Shown piece by piece: positions 8,031 through 16,595 of a stretch of 64,000 bases of DNA. Numbering within the stretch: the first letter of the stretch is position 1; every line of letters begins with the position of its first letter. The stretch lies in IMG/VR virus record IMGVR_UViG_3300029319_000009; one strand, written 5' to 3'. The notes under the pieces are model-generated. The model was not told the DNA's origin and searched no databases. It saw only the letters and a program-made list of their open reading frames with translations. The translations under genes and the position numbers were made by a program. This DNA comes from an uncultured virus (IMG/VR IMGVR_UViG_3300029319_000009) (taxonomy: Duplodnaviria; Heunggongvirae; Uroviricota; Caudoviricetes).

Positions 8031-11000
8031 ATGTCAAAATTATTAACCCTTAAAGAAGTAGTAGAGATGAACTCATCAGAGTTCAATGAAATGTTTTTAG
8101 AAGAAAAGGAGCTTTTACAAGAAGACTTATTTTCTTTAGGAACTCTTAGCACAATTTTTGCCACTCTTTGGGTTAGAAAAGAAGCTCAGGCAGCAAAAAC
8201 TGCTATGGCGTCTTTTTTAGAGAAACAAGGTCACGCCGAGGTAGCAAAAAAATTGATGCCTGTTACCAAAAGACAGGCAGCAGCAAAAATCTTTAGAGAG
8301 TTTTTTGAACGACTTGGAACAAGAGGTTCAAATTTAGCCAGAGCGATGTTTAGGAGCCTTCTTGGAAGAGAGTCCACTAGAAAAATTTTACAAAGAGTGG
8401 CACCTAATCTGCTAAGAACATTACCAGCATTAGAGTTTGTGCCTTTATCTGTTGGGTCCATTACTACTGCTGGCGCTGGCAACATTGCTGCCGGTGCAAC
8501 AATCGCGGCAGGTGTAGGTGCTTTAGCTGGCTACCTAATCAACACTGCGATTTATTCTTCATTTTCTGAAGAACTACAAGAGAGAATTGAAAGAGCAAAA
8601 GCAAATCCAAACTATGCTAAGGCTGAATTAGATCTTTATTGTGGTGGCAGAGGTGCTCTTTGTAAAGACGAAGTGGAGTGCTCAGGACAACCTGGAGGCT
8701 ATGTTTATGAGACTGCCGGTGAAGGCGGTGGCTTTTTCAGTCGTCTTGGCGCAACACCCGGCGAAAGAGAGAAATTTGGAATAATTGATCGTCGTTACAG
8801 ACAAACACCAAACTCATTCCACGCAAATGATGGTGTTGCAATGGTCGCTATGTTAAAAATTTTAGTGGCAAAAGACATAAAAGATGGCAAAATTAAACTA
8901 ACTGGTGGTAAAAAAGCAGAAGTCTCTCCTGATGCAGAATCACTTAAATATAAAAATTGTGTTGAAAAACGACTTTTTGCATCGTCTGTCATGACAAGTA
9001 AAATTAAAAAAGCGGGATTGGCGGGCGACTATGAATTGTTAATGTTGACGTTAGGCTTTAAAGAGATTCCAAAGTTGAAGAAAAAAGATAAAGCAGCACC
9101 AGTTGGCAAAGAAGAGAACATTTGCAATAGCTATCCAATGACTGTTGGTTGCAAAGGTCAACAACCAGCTACAACAGTTGCCATTTTAGTGAGAACAACA
9201 GAATCTGGTAAACGAGCCTTTAAGGCAAATGAGAAAAAGTTTGAAAAGATCTATGCAGATAAAGTTTACACTGAGGAAGTTAAAGATTTTATTGAAGACA
9301 CTTTAAGATCAATAACAGATAAAGAAATTAAAGAGTTAACAGCTAATTTACAACTAATAGATCCCGAATTTGCCGAAGAGATTAATCCAAGCAAGATTGC
9401 TGACGAGTTTAAGGCAAAAGGCGGCAAAATCACTGTTAATGATTCACTTGATGATTTTCTCTTTAAATTGGCTAAAACTAACAGATTAATTGAGATGCTA
9501 AGAAGTGGCAAACTACAAACATTAATCAATGAAGCGCTTGAGGAAGAGATGCTGCTTCTAGAAGGCGGCGCTGGCGGTCACATGCGTCACCCATTTGATT
9601 TAGATGATGTCAAAACTGGTGAAGATTTAATCAAAAAGTTCGAACAAATTGGTTCTGAAATTGAGGGTGGTAATCGCCCAGACACAAAAATCGACGGTGT
9701 AAACACAAGCATTAAGATTGTTGACACTCCAGAAGGCAAGCAATTTGCTATGGATCGCGGCTCGTCAAAGCCCATTGATGTTGAAGGCATCACAGTAAAT
9801 CGCTTACCTGAAAGATTCAGCGCTGGCCACGGAATGATTCCAGCCGGTGAAAATGTCCTAGGCATTTTTAATGATGCTTTAAAAGACGCCGAACCTGAAC
9901 TAAAAGAATTAGGCGTGCTTGATGATCCAACTAAGTTTTTTAACATGGAATACGTCAAGGGCACAACTAATGTACTAGCTTACGATCATGACTTCTTAAA
10001 AATTCATGGTGTTAACCAGTTTTACGAAAAGAAAAATAGAAAAGGTCAGCCAGTAAGACCAGGACTAGAAAGACCAATAGATCCAGAAACTAAGAAAACA
10101 ATTAAAGATCCTTCAGTTCCAGTAGCTTATGATCAAGAAGTTATGGATAGATTGGTAGAAAAACTAAATAAAGTTGCAGATAAGTATGGTTTTAAAGTTT
10201 ACTCAGCAATCCCATCTACATCAACAGGTGATTTTGACTTCAACCCAGTTATGAATGTTCCAGTTCCAGTAACTTACTCAACAGGCGACATCAGAGAAGA
10301 GACACTTGGAGAAAGACTTAAAGCAGCTAAGAATAGAATTAAAGAGAAAGTTCGCACTGTTGATGGTCGAACACCACCAGCGCAAGGTAAAGAGATTTAC
10401 AAAGCTGTTCTTGGTGCCTCCGCTGCTGATACAAACGCAGATCCAGAGAGACAGATTCCTTTAGACGAGCTACTAGCATCTGACGATGACTACCAAAGAG
10501 CTATTGACGGCGCTGTATTTTGGCACGCTACAAGGCTCTTAGGCAACGTTATTATGAATAACATGGTAGTAGACCACCCTGCCGTCTCAGGACCCGCTAC
10601 AGAGCACGAGGGGCTCGTCATCAGGCTATCTGGTGATGGCTTTGATACAAAGATTACTGGTGAGTTTATCTTGGGCGGCGAGGCTACATCATTTAGAGCC
10701 GCTGAGCCAGAAGCAGCCAAGGAAGTAAAAGCTAAAAACATCGCTATCTTCCCAGGATCATTTAAGCCACCACATAAGGGACACTTAAGTATCATTGAAA
10801 GAATAGCTAAGAATCCTGAAGTTGATGAGATTAAAGTAATCATTTCAGCACCCGGCAAAAAGGTTCGTAGCCCAAAGGTTACACCTGAGAAGGCAAAGGC
10901 TATTTTTGAAAAGTTTATTTCAGCAGCCAACATCTCAAAGCCAGTTAGCGTAGAGATTGCATCTCAGCCAAGCCCAATCGGTGCTGCTTACGAGTACATT

Positions 11001-11696
11001 GGAGAGAAGGCTGGTCCAAATGAGAACATCATGCTTCTAACTTCTGAAGCTGACGCAAAGCGTTACCCACAAGCTGTTCTTGATAAGGCTGTTGCATCAA
11101 ATAAAAATGCTGACACGGTTACAGCCAGAGGCTTTGTCCTTCCAGTCTGTAGAGATGAGGGCTGTGACACAACAGCAAAAGTTAGTGCTACAACAATTAG
11201 AAACATTGTAGATGCTTACCCAGAGATTACTTTACAAGATCTCACAAGAGCCATTGATCACATGCCTGAAACAATGTCTACAGCAGATAAACTAGCTGCT
11301 TTTGAAATGCTAGTAGATGATAGCCTTTCTAATAAATTTGAAGATGAAGAGTTAAATACTTTAAATGAATCTGTTAGATTTATAATGGAAACTATTGATA
11401 AAGCATTAGATGTAGTATTACTTACTGAGAAGGTTAGAAAAACAAAAGGTAAACAAGAATACTGTGTTGTTTCTAAGAATAAGAAAACTAAAGAAGGTAA
11501 GCTTAGAACTTATGGCTGCTACAGAAGTAGAAAAGCAGCCAACAAAAGATTGGGTCAGGTGGAGGGCTTTAAAGCAAGAGCCATGGCTGAGGGTGAAGAG
11601 GTTGAAGAATATGAAATTGTAGAAGCTTCAGTTTCTTCAGGTATGGCAATGGGATATGCTGGACCATTTAAAGGACTCATAAGAGAGGAAGACTAA
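8031..11696 (+). CDS. Large multidomain protein: hydrophobic Gly/Ala N-terminal region, KxDG ligase-like domain, HIGH-type nucleotidyltransferase, basic C-terminal module
   Basis: Likely start ATG 8031, just after stop 8026. Ligase-like motifs GHMRHPFD, TKIDG, EHEGLVIR and KITG. HIGH-family motifs IFPGSFKPPHKGH and VSATTIR. Confidence 0.78.
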   Translation: MSKLLTLKEVVEMNSSEFNEMFLEEKELLQEDLFSLGTLSTIFATLWVRKEAQAAKTAMASFLEKQGHAEVAKKLMPVTKRQAAAKIFREFFERLGTRGSNLARAMFRSLLGRESTRKILQRVAPNLLRTLPALEFVPLSVGSITTAGAGNIAAGATIAAGVGALAGYLINTAIYSSFSEELQERIERAKANPNYAKAELDLYCGGRGALCKDEVECSGQPGGYVYETAGEGGGFFSRLGATPGEREKFGIIDRRYRQTPNSFHANDGVAMVAMLKILVAKDIKDGKIKLTGGKKAEVSPDAESLKYKNCVEKRLFASSVMTSKIKKAGLAGDYELLMLTLGFKEIPKLKKKDKAAPVGKEENICNSYPMTVGCKGQQPATTVAILVRTTESGKRAFKANEKKFEKIYADKVYTEEVKDFIEDTLRSITDKEIKELTANLQLIDPEFAEEINPSKIADEFKAKGGKITVNDSLDDFLFKLAKTNRLIEMLRSGKLQTLINEALEEEMLLLEGGAGGHMRHPFDLDDVKTGEDLIKKFEQIGSEIEGGNRPDTKIDGVNTSIKIVDTPEGKQFAMDRGSSKPIDVEGITVNRLPERFSAGHGMIPAGENVLGIFNDALKDAEPELKELGVLDDPTKFFNMEYVKGTTNVLAYDHDFLKIHGVNQFYEKKNRKGQPVRPGLERPIDPETKKTIKDPSVPVAYDQEVMDRLVEKLNKVADKYGFKVYSAIPSTSTGDFDFNPVMNVPVPVTYSTGDIREETLGERLKAAKNRIKEKVRTVDGRTPPAQGKEIYKAVLGASAADTNADPERQIPLDELLASDDDYQRAIDGAVFWHATRLLGNVIMNNMVVDHPAVSGPATEHEGLVIRLSGDGFDTKITGEFILGGEATSFRAAEPEAAKEVKAKNIAIFPGSFKPPHKGHLSIIERIAKNPEVDEIKVIISAPGKKVRSPKVTPEKAKAIFEKFISAANISKPVSVEIASQPSPIGAAYEYIGEKAGPNENIMLLTSEADAKRYPQAVLDKAVASNKNADTVTARGFVLPVCRDEGCDTTAKVSATTIRNIVDAYPEITLQDLTRAIDHMPETMSTADKLAAFEMLVDDSLSNKFEDEELNTLNESVRFIMETIDKALDVVLLTEKVRKTKGKQEYCVVSKNKKTKEGKLRTYGCYRSRKAANKRLGQVEGFKARAMAEGEEVEEYEIVEASVSSGMAMGYAGPFKGLIREED

Positions 11697-11703
11697 GTAG
11701 AGG

Positions 11704-11712
11704 CTATTTATA
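11704..11712 (+). promoter_or_regulatory. Putative phage late promoter motif CTATTTATA
   Basis: Intergenic. TATTTA at 11705, ATG at 11715, no SD in between. Confidence 0.6.
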
Positions 11713-11714
11713 CT

Positions 11715-12656
11715 ATGGAAAAACTACAAGAACAAAAATTGAGAGCTTTTATTAGAGCAGGTATTATTAAAAAGAAGAAAGAAAGATTGGAAGAACAATT
11801 TAAGCAAGCCTTAAATAAAAACAAGCTTAGATCTATTATTAAGAATATACTACTAACAGAAGCTACAGATGTAAACACTGATACTCCTAATAGATCTACA
11901 GGTATCAATGTGCTAGCTACTACTCTCAAATTAGTAATCCCTATTATTAAACAAGGCTATGAACAATTAACTTCTAGTCCAGATCAGAGACGGTCTTTTA
12001 GAGCACATGTTATTCAGAATGCTATTAATACTTTAGTTAGGGTAGATCTTACTACTGGCTCAGAAGAAGAAACAAGGGCAGGTGATGAGGAAAGAGAAGA
12101 GGTAGTAATGCCTGATAATCCAGAAGTAGCTGCTGATGAGATTGAGGTAGAAGAGCCAGTTGAGGAGCTAGAAGAGCAGGACATTGATATTGAAGTTGGT
12201 GCAGATGACGAGGAAAAATTCATCGATATTGAAGGTGATGATGAGGAAGAAGAGCCAGAACCCGAGGATGCAGAAGAAGTAGCTAAAGCTGTTAGTGGCG
12301 AGAAAGAGTTCGTTCAGCTTGGTGGTCTAGATGACACAGGTATGGAAATGGCTCAGAGAACTTTCCCCAAGGTACAAAAGCAGATTGCTGATGGCTATGC
12401 AATGCTTTCACTTAAGAAGGACAAAGAGGACTATGCTGACTTCCTAGTAGCAAACCTCAAAATGTACTTTGATCAGTTTGATCAGGAGGAGAACGTAGAA
12501 CTTCCAGAGCCAACATCTCCAGAGTACGAGAGAGCAAAGGCTAATACAGCCCGATTTGCTGCTGGTGAGCCCGGTGCTACTCTAGAAGAAGGTCTCAGTG
12601 TTCTCAAAGTTCTAAGAAAGCTGGCTCCAAATCATGAGTATTTTAAAAAGTCTTAG
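11715..12656 (+). CDS. Acidic hypothetical protein, possible prohead core/scaffold-like
   Basis: Basic N-terminus with two KLRxxI repeats ending LLTE, followed by long Glu/Asp tracts (EEPVEELEEQDIDIE, DDEEEEPEPE). Confidence 0.65.
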   Translation: MEKLQEQKLRAFIRAGIIKKKKERLEEQFKQALNKNKLRSIIKNILLTEATDVNTDTPNRSTGINVLATTLKLVIPIIKQGYEQLTSSPDQRRSFRAHVIQNAINTLVRVDLTTGSEEETRAGDEEREEVVMPDNPEVAADEIEVEEPVEELEEQDIDIEVGADDEEKFIDIEGDDEEEEPEPEDAEEVAKAVSGEKEFVQLGGLDDTGMEMAQRTFPKVQKQIADGYAMLSLKKDKEDYADFLVANLKMYFDQFDQEENVELPEPTSPEYERAKANTARFAAGEPGATLEEGLSVLKVLRKLAPNHEYFKKS

Positions 12657-12942
12657 AGAACAGAAAAAAATTAGCAAGGATGTTGAAGCTCTAATTGCTA
12701 ATCTTACTGTTGAAGAACTAGTCCATTTAAAATTAGAGATAGGTGCCAAAGCCCTCAATGGTGAACCTTATGGTTTTAAGATCTGGTTTGTCCTTCCAGA
12801 CATGATTAAAACAAGCTTAATTGAATTTACAAAGCAACATTTTAATACTAACAGTTCAGCCAGCAGGTTCCTTGGTGTGGACATGAAGACATGGGGTTTT
12901 TTGAAAAAGAGGTCTAGTTATAAAACTGGGGACGATGAATGA
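12634..12942 (+). CDS. Putative Fis-like helix-turn-helix protein
   Basis: C-terminal TNSSASRFLGVDMKTW resembles the Fis-type NxxxAAxxLGI HTH. Confidence 0.5.
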   Translation: MSILKSLREQKKISKDVEALIANLTVEELVHLKLEIGAKALNGEPYGFKIWFVLPDMIKTSLIEFTKQHFNTNSSASRFLGVDMKTWGFLKKRSSYKTGDDE

Positions 12943-13111
12943 GTTTAAATAGAAATGATATAAAGACAGAACTTTATCGCTTAACTGGTCTTGGTTCAAT
13001 CACAGATGAGCAAGCAGCTAAAATTTTTGAGAAATCTTATGAAAATCAAACACCCAATCAAGATACATTAACTGGCGTTAGTGATGCTGCTGCTGATTGG
13101 GTACAACAAAA
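12939..13111 (+). CDS. Hypothetical protein, interrupted by an assembly gap
   Basis: ATGA overlap with the previous stop. Open until the N run at 13112; the true end is unknown. Confidence 0.5.
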
Positions 13112-13121
13112 NNNNNNNNNN
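13112..13121. other. Assembly gap (10 N)
   Basis: Ten consecutive N bases. Confidence 1.
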
Positions 13122-13128
13122 TTAAAAA

Positions 13129-14127
13129 ATGTCAACTGCCGCTTTAGACAATTATTATCTCTATAGAAAAACATCCGACACGGGTAGATTATCTTTATCT
13201 AGCCCAACTGCTGTTCACGCAGCAGGAGTAGATTCTAACATAACAGGTCTAATAAATATTGGATTTACATTTAACTTTAATAACACAGATTACACTCAGT
13301 TCGCAGTAAGCACTGATGGATATGTTGAACTTGGTGCTCGCGGCGGCAATGATTATACGAACGATCTAATACAAGTGGGCTCCAGAATTCTTTTATGCCC
13401 ATGGTGGGATGATTTAAGAACTAGGGCTGGCGGCACTGGTGTTAGATATGAGTTACAAGGATCTTCAGGAAGTAGAAAATTAATTATTGATTTTCATTGT
13501 CAGATTCAATGGAACAACACCGCACCAGAACTTAAGTTTCAATGTGTTCTTTATGAGGGTACAAACAGAATTGAATTTAGATATGACGATCCAAATAGTT
13601 CGTCTACTGGCACTAGTAGTGCCACCTGTGGTGTAAAAATAGCAATTACTAGTAATTCTGGCACTGATGCTGATGGCAAATTTCGTGATTTTATCGGTTC
13701 AACCACCGCACCTTATAGCACAGAGAATAATGCTAAAGGCGGCTGGTCTCAAAAAATGCTTGATGGAGGCGTAATTAAAATCCCAAATAACGCTTTAAAC
13801 GGCAATGAGGGCAGGGACTTCCCCGGTGACCCCGACAATGATCAGCAGAGCCAACAATACTATTTCTTATTTTCACCAGATGCTGAAAGTAGTGGCGGTG
13901 GAGGTGACGATAGTGGCGGTGGAGGCGCCGATAGTTTTCCAAATAAACAGGTCAAAGTGAACGGAAAAAGGTACAACTCAAAATTTATTGACGAAGAATT
14001 AAAAAATTTATGTTATCAATATGATCGAGGCGAAAAACTAACTGATTTTGTTCCAATAAGACTTAAAGTTCGTGGTCCATCGAACTTAAGATCTCGTAGC
14101 ACAGTTTACAAAGTTACAAAAGGATGA
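13129..14127 (+). CDS. Beta-rich protein with nidogen/NIDO-like extracellular domain; possible virion decoration/adhesin
   Basis: IGFTFNFNNTDYTQFAVSTDGYV, LCPWWDDL and FQCVLYEGTNRIEFRY. An SGGGG x2 linker precedes a short basic C-terminal domain. Confidence 0.55.
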   Translation: MSTAALDNYYLYRKTSDTGRLSLSSPTAVHAAGVDSNITGLINIGFTFNFNNTDYTQFAVSTDGYVELGARGGNDYTNDLIQVGSRILLCPWWDDLRTRAGGTGVRYELQGSSGSRKLIIDFHCQIQWNNTAPELKFQCVLYEGTNRIEFRYDDPNSSSTGTSSATCGVKIAITSNSGTDADGKFRDFIGSTTAPYSTENNAKGGWSQKMLDGGVIKIPNNALNGNEGRDFPGDPDNDQQSQQYYFLFSPDAESSGGGGDDSGGGGADSFPNKQVKVNGKRYNSKFIDEELKNLCYQYDRGEKLTDFVPIRLKVRGPSNLRSRSTVYKVTKG

Positions 14128-14133
14128 TACAAT
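14105..14133 (+). promoter_or_regulatory. Putative sigma70-type promoter (extended -10), leaderless
   Basis: TTTACA (14105-14110), N17, TACAAT (14128-14133) with TGn. ATG 14140 is 7 nt downstream. Confidence 0.65.
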
Positions 14134-14139
14134 CTTCTT

Positions 14140-14451
14140 ATGAAGATTTCAGAACTGGTAGTAGGAGAGTTCTATATTATAAAACCAACTACCAAAAAGC
14201 AGGTAGTAATAAATAAAGATACTTTAAAGCTGTCTTCTTTTTCACCAGTCTATAAAGAAAATAGTATATACAAAGACTCTCTTTTTATTTATGTCGGTCA
14301 AAAAACCATTCAGATAGAGAAAAGACTTGACAGTAGAAAAAGAAATGTTTATACTTATAAACCACACATGATGCATTGTGTGAAAACTGGTGAGACATTC
14401 AAAGTAGCCAGTTATTATGTTCAAACATATTTCGTTAAGCCAGAGAAATAG
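14140..14451 (+). CDS. Hypothetical protein
   Basis: 103 aa ORF filling the space between its neighbours, directly after a promoter. Confidence 0.7.
   Translation: MKISELVVGEFYIIKPTTKKQVVINKDTLKLSSFSPVYKENSIYKDSLFIYVGQKTIQIEKRLDSRKRNVYTYKPHMMHCVKTGETFKVASYYVQTYFVKPEK
14327..14355 (+). promoter_or_regulatory. Putative strong sigma70-type promoter
   Basis: TTGACA (14327-14332), N17, TATACT (14350-14355). It lies inside ORF 14140 and upstream of the 14460/purA genes. Confidence 0.7.
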
Positions 14452-14459
14452 GAGGTGCT

Positions 14460-14693
14460 ATGGAGGCGAATACACTATTCGGACGACCTTGGAAGATTGC
14501 AGGTCGTTTTGATACTTTTGAGGCAGCAGATAAAAAGAGAAATCAGCTATCCTCAAATAAAAATTTACAAGTAAAAGTTAAAAAACAATTAAAGGGTTTT
14601 GTAGTTAAGACTCGCTCAACAGAAGTCGACCCACCCAAAGAAGAGAGAAAGTCCCGTAAGAAGCAACGGAAGGAGAGGGCAAGTGATCGCTGA
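14460..14693 (+). CDS. Small basic hypothetical protein
   Basis: 77 aa with a strong SD (AGGAGGT) just upstream. Confidence 0.75.
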   Translation: MEANTLFGRPWKIAGRFDTFEAADKKRNQLSSNKNLQVKVKKQLKGFVVKTRSTEVDPPKEERKSRKKQRKERASDR

Positions 14694-15693
14694 TGTAGTC
14701 GTTGGCCTTCAGTATGGTGATGAAGGCAAAGGTAAAGTTACTCACCATCTTTGTAAAACAGGAGGTTACACACATGTCTTACGCTTCAATGGCGGCTGCA
14801 ATGCTGGGCACACTATTTTTCATGAAGGTAGGAAGTTTATTACTCACCACATTCCAGCGGGTGTTTTCTTTGGGATTAAAAGTATTATTGGGAACGGCTG
14901 TGTTCTTGATCCTGTACAATTTTTCCGAGAGTTGGATGAACTTGAGTCAGGTGGAATCGACACTAGGGGACTTATTTATGTGGCTAAAAACTGTCATGTA
15001 ATCACAGATAACCACAAGGAAGAAGACGGTAAGGACAGTAAGATTGGTACCACTAAGCGAGGTAATGGTCCTGCTTACCGAGACAAGTATTCCAGAGCAG
15101 GTATGTTGGCTAAAGACCATCCAGATCTTAAGCCCTATCTAATCGATCTTCATGATGAGTTCTGGAATCACGGTGAGGTTAAAATCCTCTGTGAAGGTGC
15201 TCAAGGCTTCGGACTAGACATTGATTGGGGAGACTACCCTTTCGTAACTTCAAGCCATTGTCTGACATCCTCAGTGCTTTTAAATGCTATTCCACACTAT
15301 GCCATCCGTGATGTGTGGGGAGTTGCCAAAGCTTACGAGACTTATGTCGGTGCTAAACAGTTCCAACCACCACATAACAGAGTGTTTCAACACATTCAAG
15401 AGGCAGGACAGGAGTTCGGAGCAACAACAGGCAGAGTTCGACAGTGTAATTGGATCGACCTACCATTTTTGAAGAAGTCAGTTCAGTTGAATGCTGTAAA
15501 TAAAGTTGTTTTTAACAAGATTGACATTTTACGACAAGTAGATCACTGGAGCTTGAAAAACAATGATGGCAAGGCAAATTACTATGAGTATTACTCCTCA
15601 GAAGAGGATTTTACACACAGAATTGAAGAGTTTTTATCTGATGCGGTGAAAGACCTTGAGATCCATTTCTCAGACAATCCGCACAGAATATAG
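14683..15693 (+). CDS. purA: Adenylosuccinate synthetase (short form)
   Basis: QYGDEGKGK, GGCNAGHT, IGTTKRGNGPAY, EGAQG, YPFVTSS, EFGATTGRVR and NKID. 336 aa. Confidence 0.93.
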   Translation: MIADVVVGLQYGDEGKGKVTHHLCKTGGYTHVLRFNGGCNAGHTIFHEGRKFITHHIPAGVFFGIKSIIGNGCVLDPVQFFRELDELESGGIDTRGLIYVAKNCHVITDNHKEEDGKDSKIGTTKRGNGPAYRDKYSRAGMLAKDHPDLKPYLIDLHDEFWNHGEVKILCEGAQGFGLDIDWGDYPFVTSSHCLTSSVLLNAIPHYAIRDVWGVAKAYETYVGAKQFQPPHNRVFQHIQEAGQEFGATTGRVRQCNWIDLPFLKKSVQLNAVNKVVFNKIDILRQVDHWSLKNNDGKANYYEYYSSEEDFTHRIEEFLSDAVKDLEIHFSDNPHRI

Positions 15694-15702
15694 GAGAATA
15701 AA

Positions 15703-15915
15703 ATGAGAGATAAATTTTTTAAATTTCATTACAAGAATGATAAAGAAAGTTTAGCAACCAGTTATGATGTCGTCTTTGACGACTTCTCAGAGGCGATGAA
15801 GTTCGCTTATGACAAGCTAGATGAATTAAATGGGTTAGTTGGCGGTTATAGAATTATCGGTGTTTATGAAATTCTTTACCCAGCTAACTCTTACAAACCA
15901 AACCAAATCAACTAA
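15703..15915 (+). CDS. Hypothetical protein
   Basis: 70 aa with an AGGAG SD upstream. Confidence 0.7.
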   Translation: MRDKFFKFHYKNDKESLATSYDVVFDDFSEAMKFAYDKLDELNGLVGGYRIIGVYEILYPANSYKPNQIN

Positions 15916-15932
15916 TTATAAAAGGAAACAAC

Positions 15933-16595
15933 ATGACAAGATATTATTGGTGCGACGATAAAACCAAAGAGAAAATCGAAGAAGAGTCTCAAGATGAAGG
16001 TGTAACACCAATCATTCTTATGGGTGGACCTGAAGGACCACCGCCTGCGATGGAATGCATTGATGTAATGGATAATACAATTATGTTTTATGGCGAAGTT
16101 AGCGAGAAGAATGCTAAGCTACTAAATAAAGCAATTAGAACCATAGATAAGGACCTACAAGTTTTTAAGGTTAAGTATGATTCAGACCCGCCACCAATTA
16201 AACTACACATTAACTCTTACGGTGGATCTGTTTTCGCTGGCTTCTCAACTGTAGATGTAATTTTAAATTGTAGAACCCCAGTTCACACTTACATCGATGG
16301 TTCAGCCGCTTCGGCAGCAACACTTATTTCTGTTGTTGGAGATAAGAGATTTATTTACGAGCACTCACACATGCTTATCCATCAGCTTTCCTCAGCTATG
16401 TGGGGCAAGTTTGAGGATTTCAAAGACGAGATGGAAAATCTAGATTTGTTAATGACGAAGATTAAGAAGATCTACAAAGAAAAAACAAACATGTCTATGC
16501 GACAAATCACAGAGATACTTAAAAGAGACAAGTGGTTCGAAGCAGAAAAGTGTGTAGAGCTTGGACTTGTCGATGAGATTGTAGAAAATGGCTAA
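15933..16595 (+). CDS. clpP: ClpP-family protease
   Basis: INSYGGSV, AASAA (catalytic Ser), MLIHQ (His) and RDKWF...GLVDEI. AAAGGA SD. Confidence 0.88.
   Translation: MTRYYWCDDKTKEKIEEESQDEGVTPIILMGGPEGPPPAMECIDVMDNTIMFYGEVSEKNAKLLNKAIRTIDKDLQVFKVKYDSDPPPIKLHINSYGGSVFAGFSTVDVILNCRTPVHTYIDGSAASAATLISVVGDKRFIYEHSHMLIHQLSSAMWGKFEDFKDEMENLDLLMTKIKKIYKEKTNMSMRQITEILKRDKWFEAEKCVELGLVDEIVENG

Noticed and set aside
13890..13935. 21-bp tandem repeat
   Set aside because: Two imperfect copies encoding an SGGGG linker; not an array or regulatory repeat.
14683..15693. PurZ / 2-aminoadenine (Z-genome) system
   Set aside because: The P-loop is GDEGKG with the PurA catalytic Asp, not the Ser of PurZ. No datZ/mazZ-like neighbours are visible.
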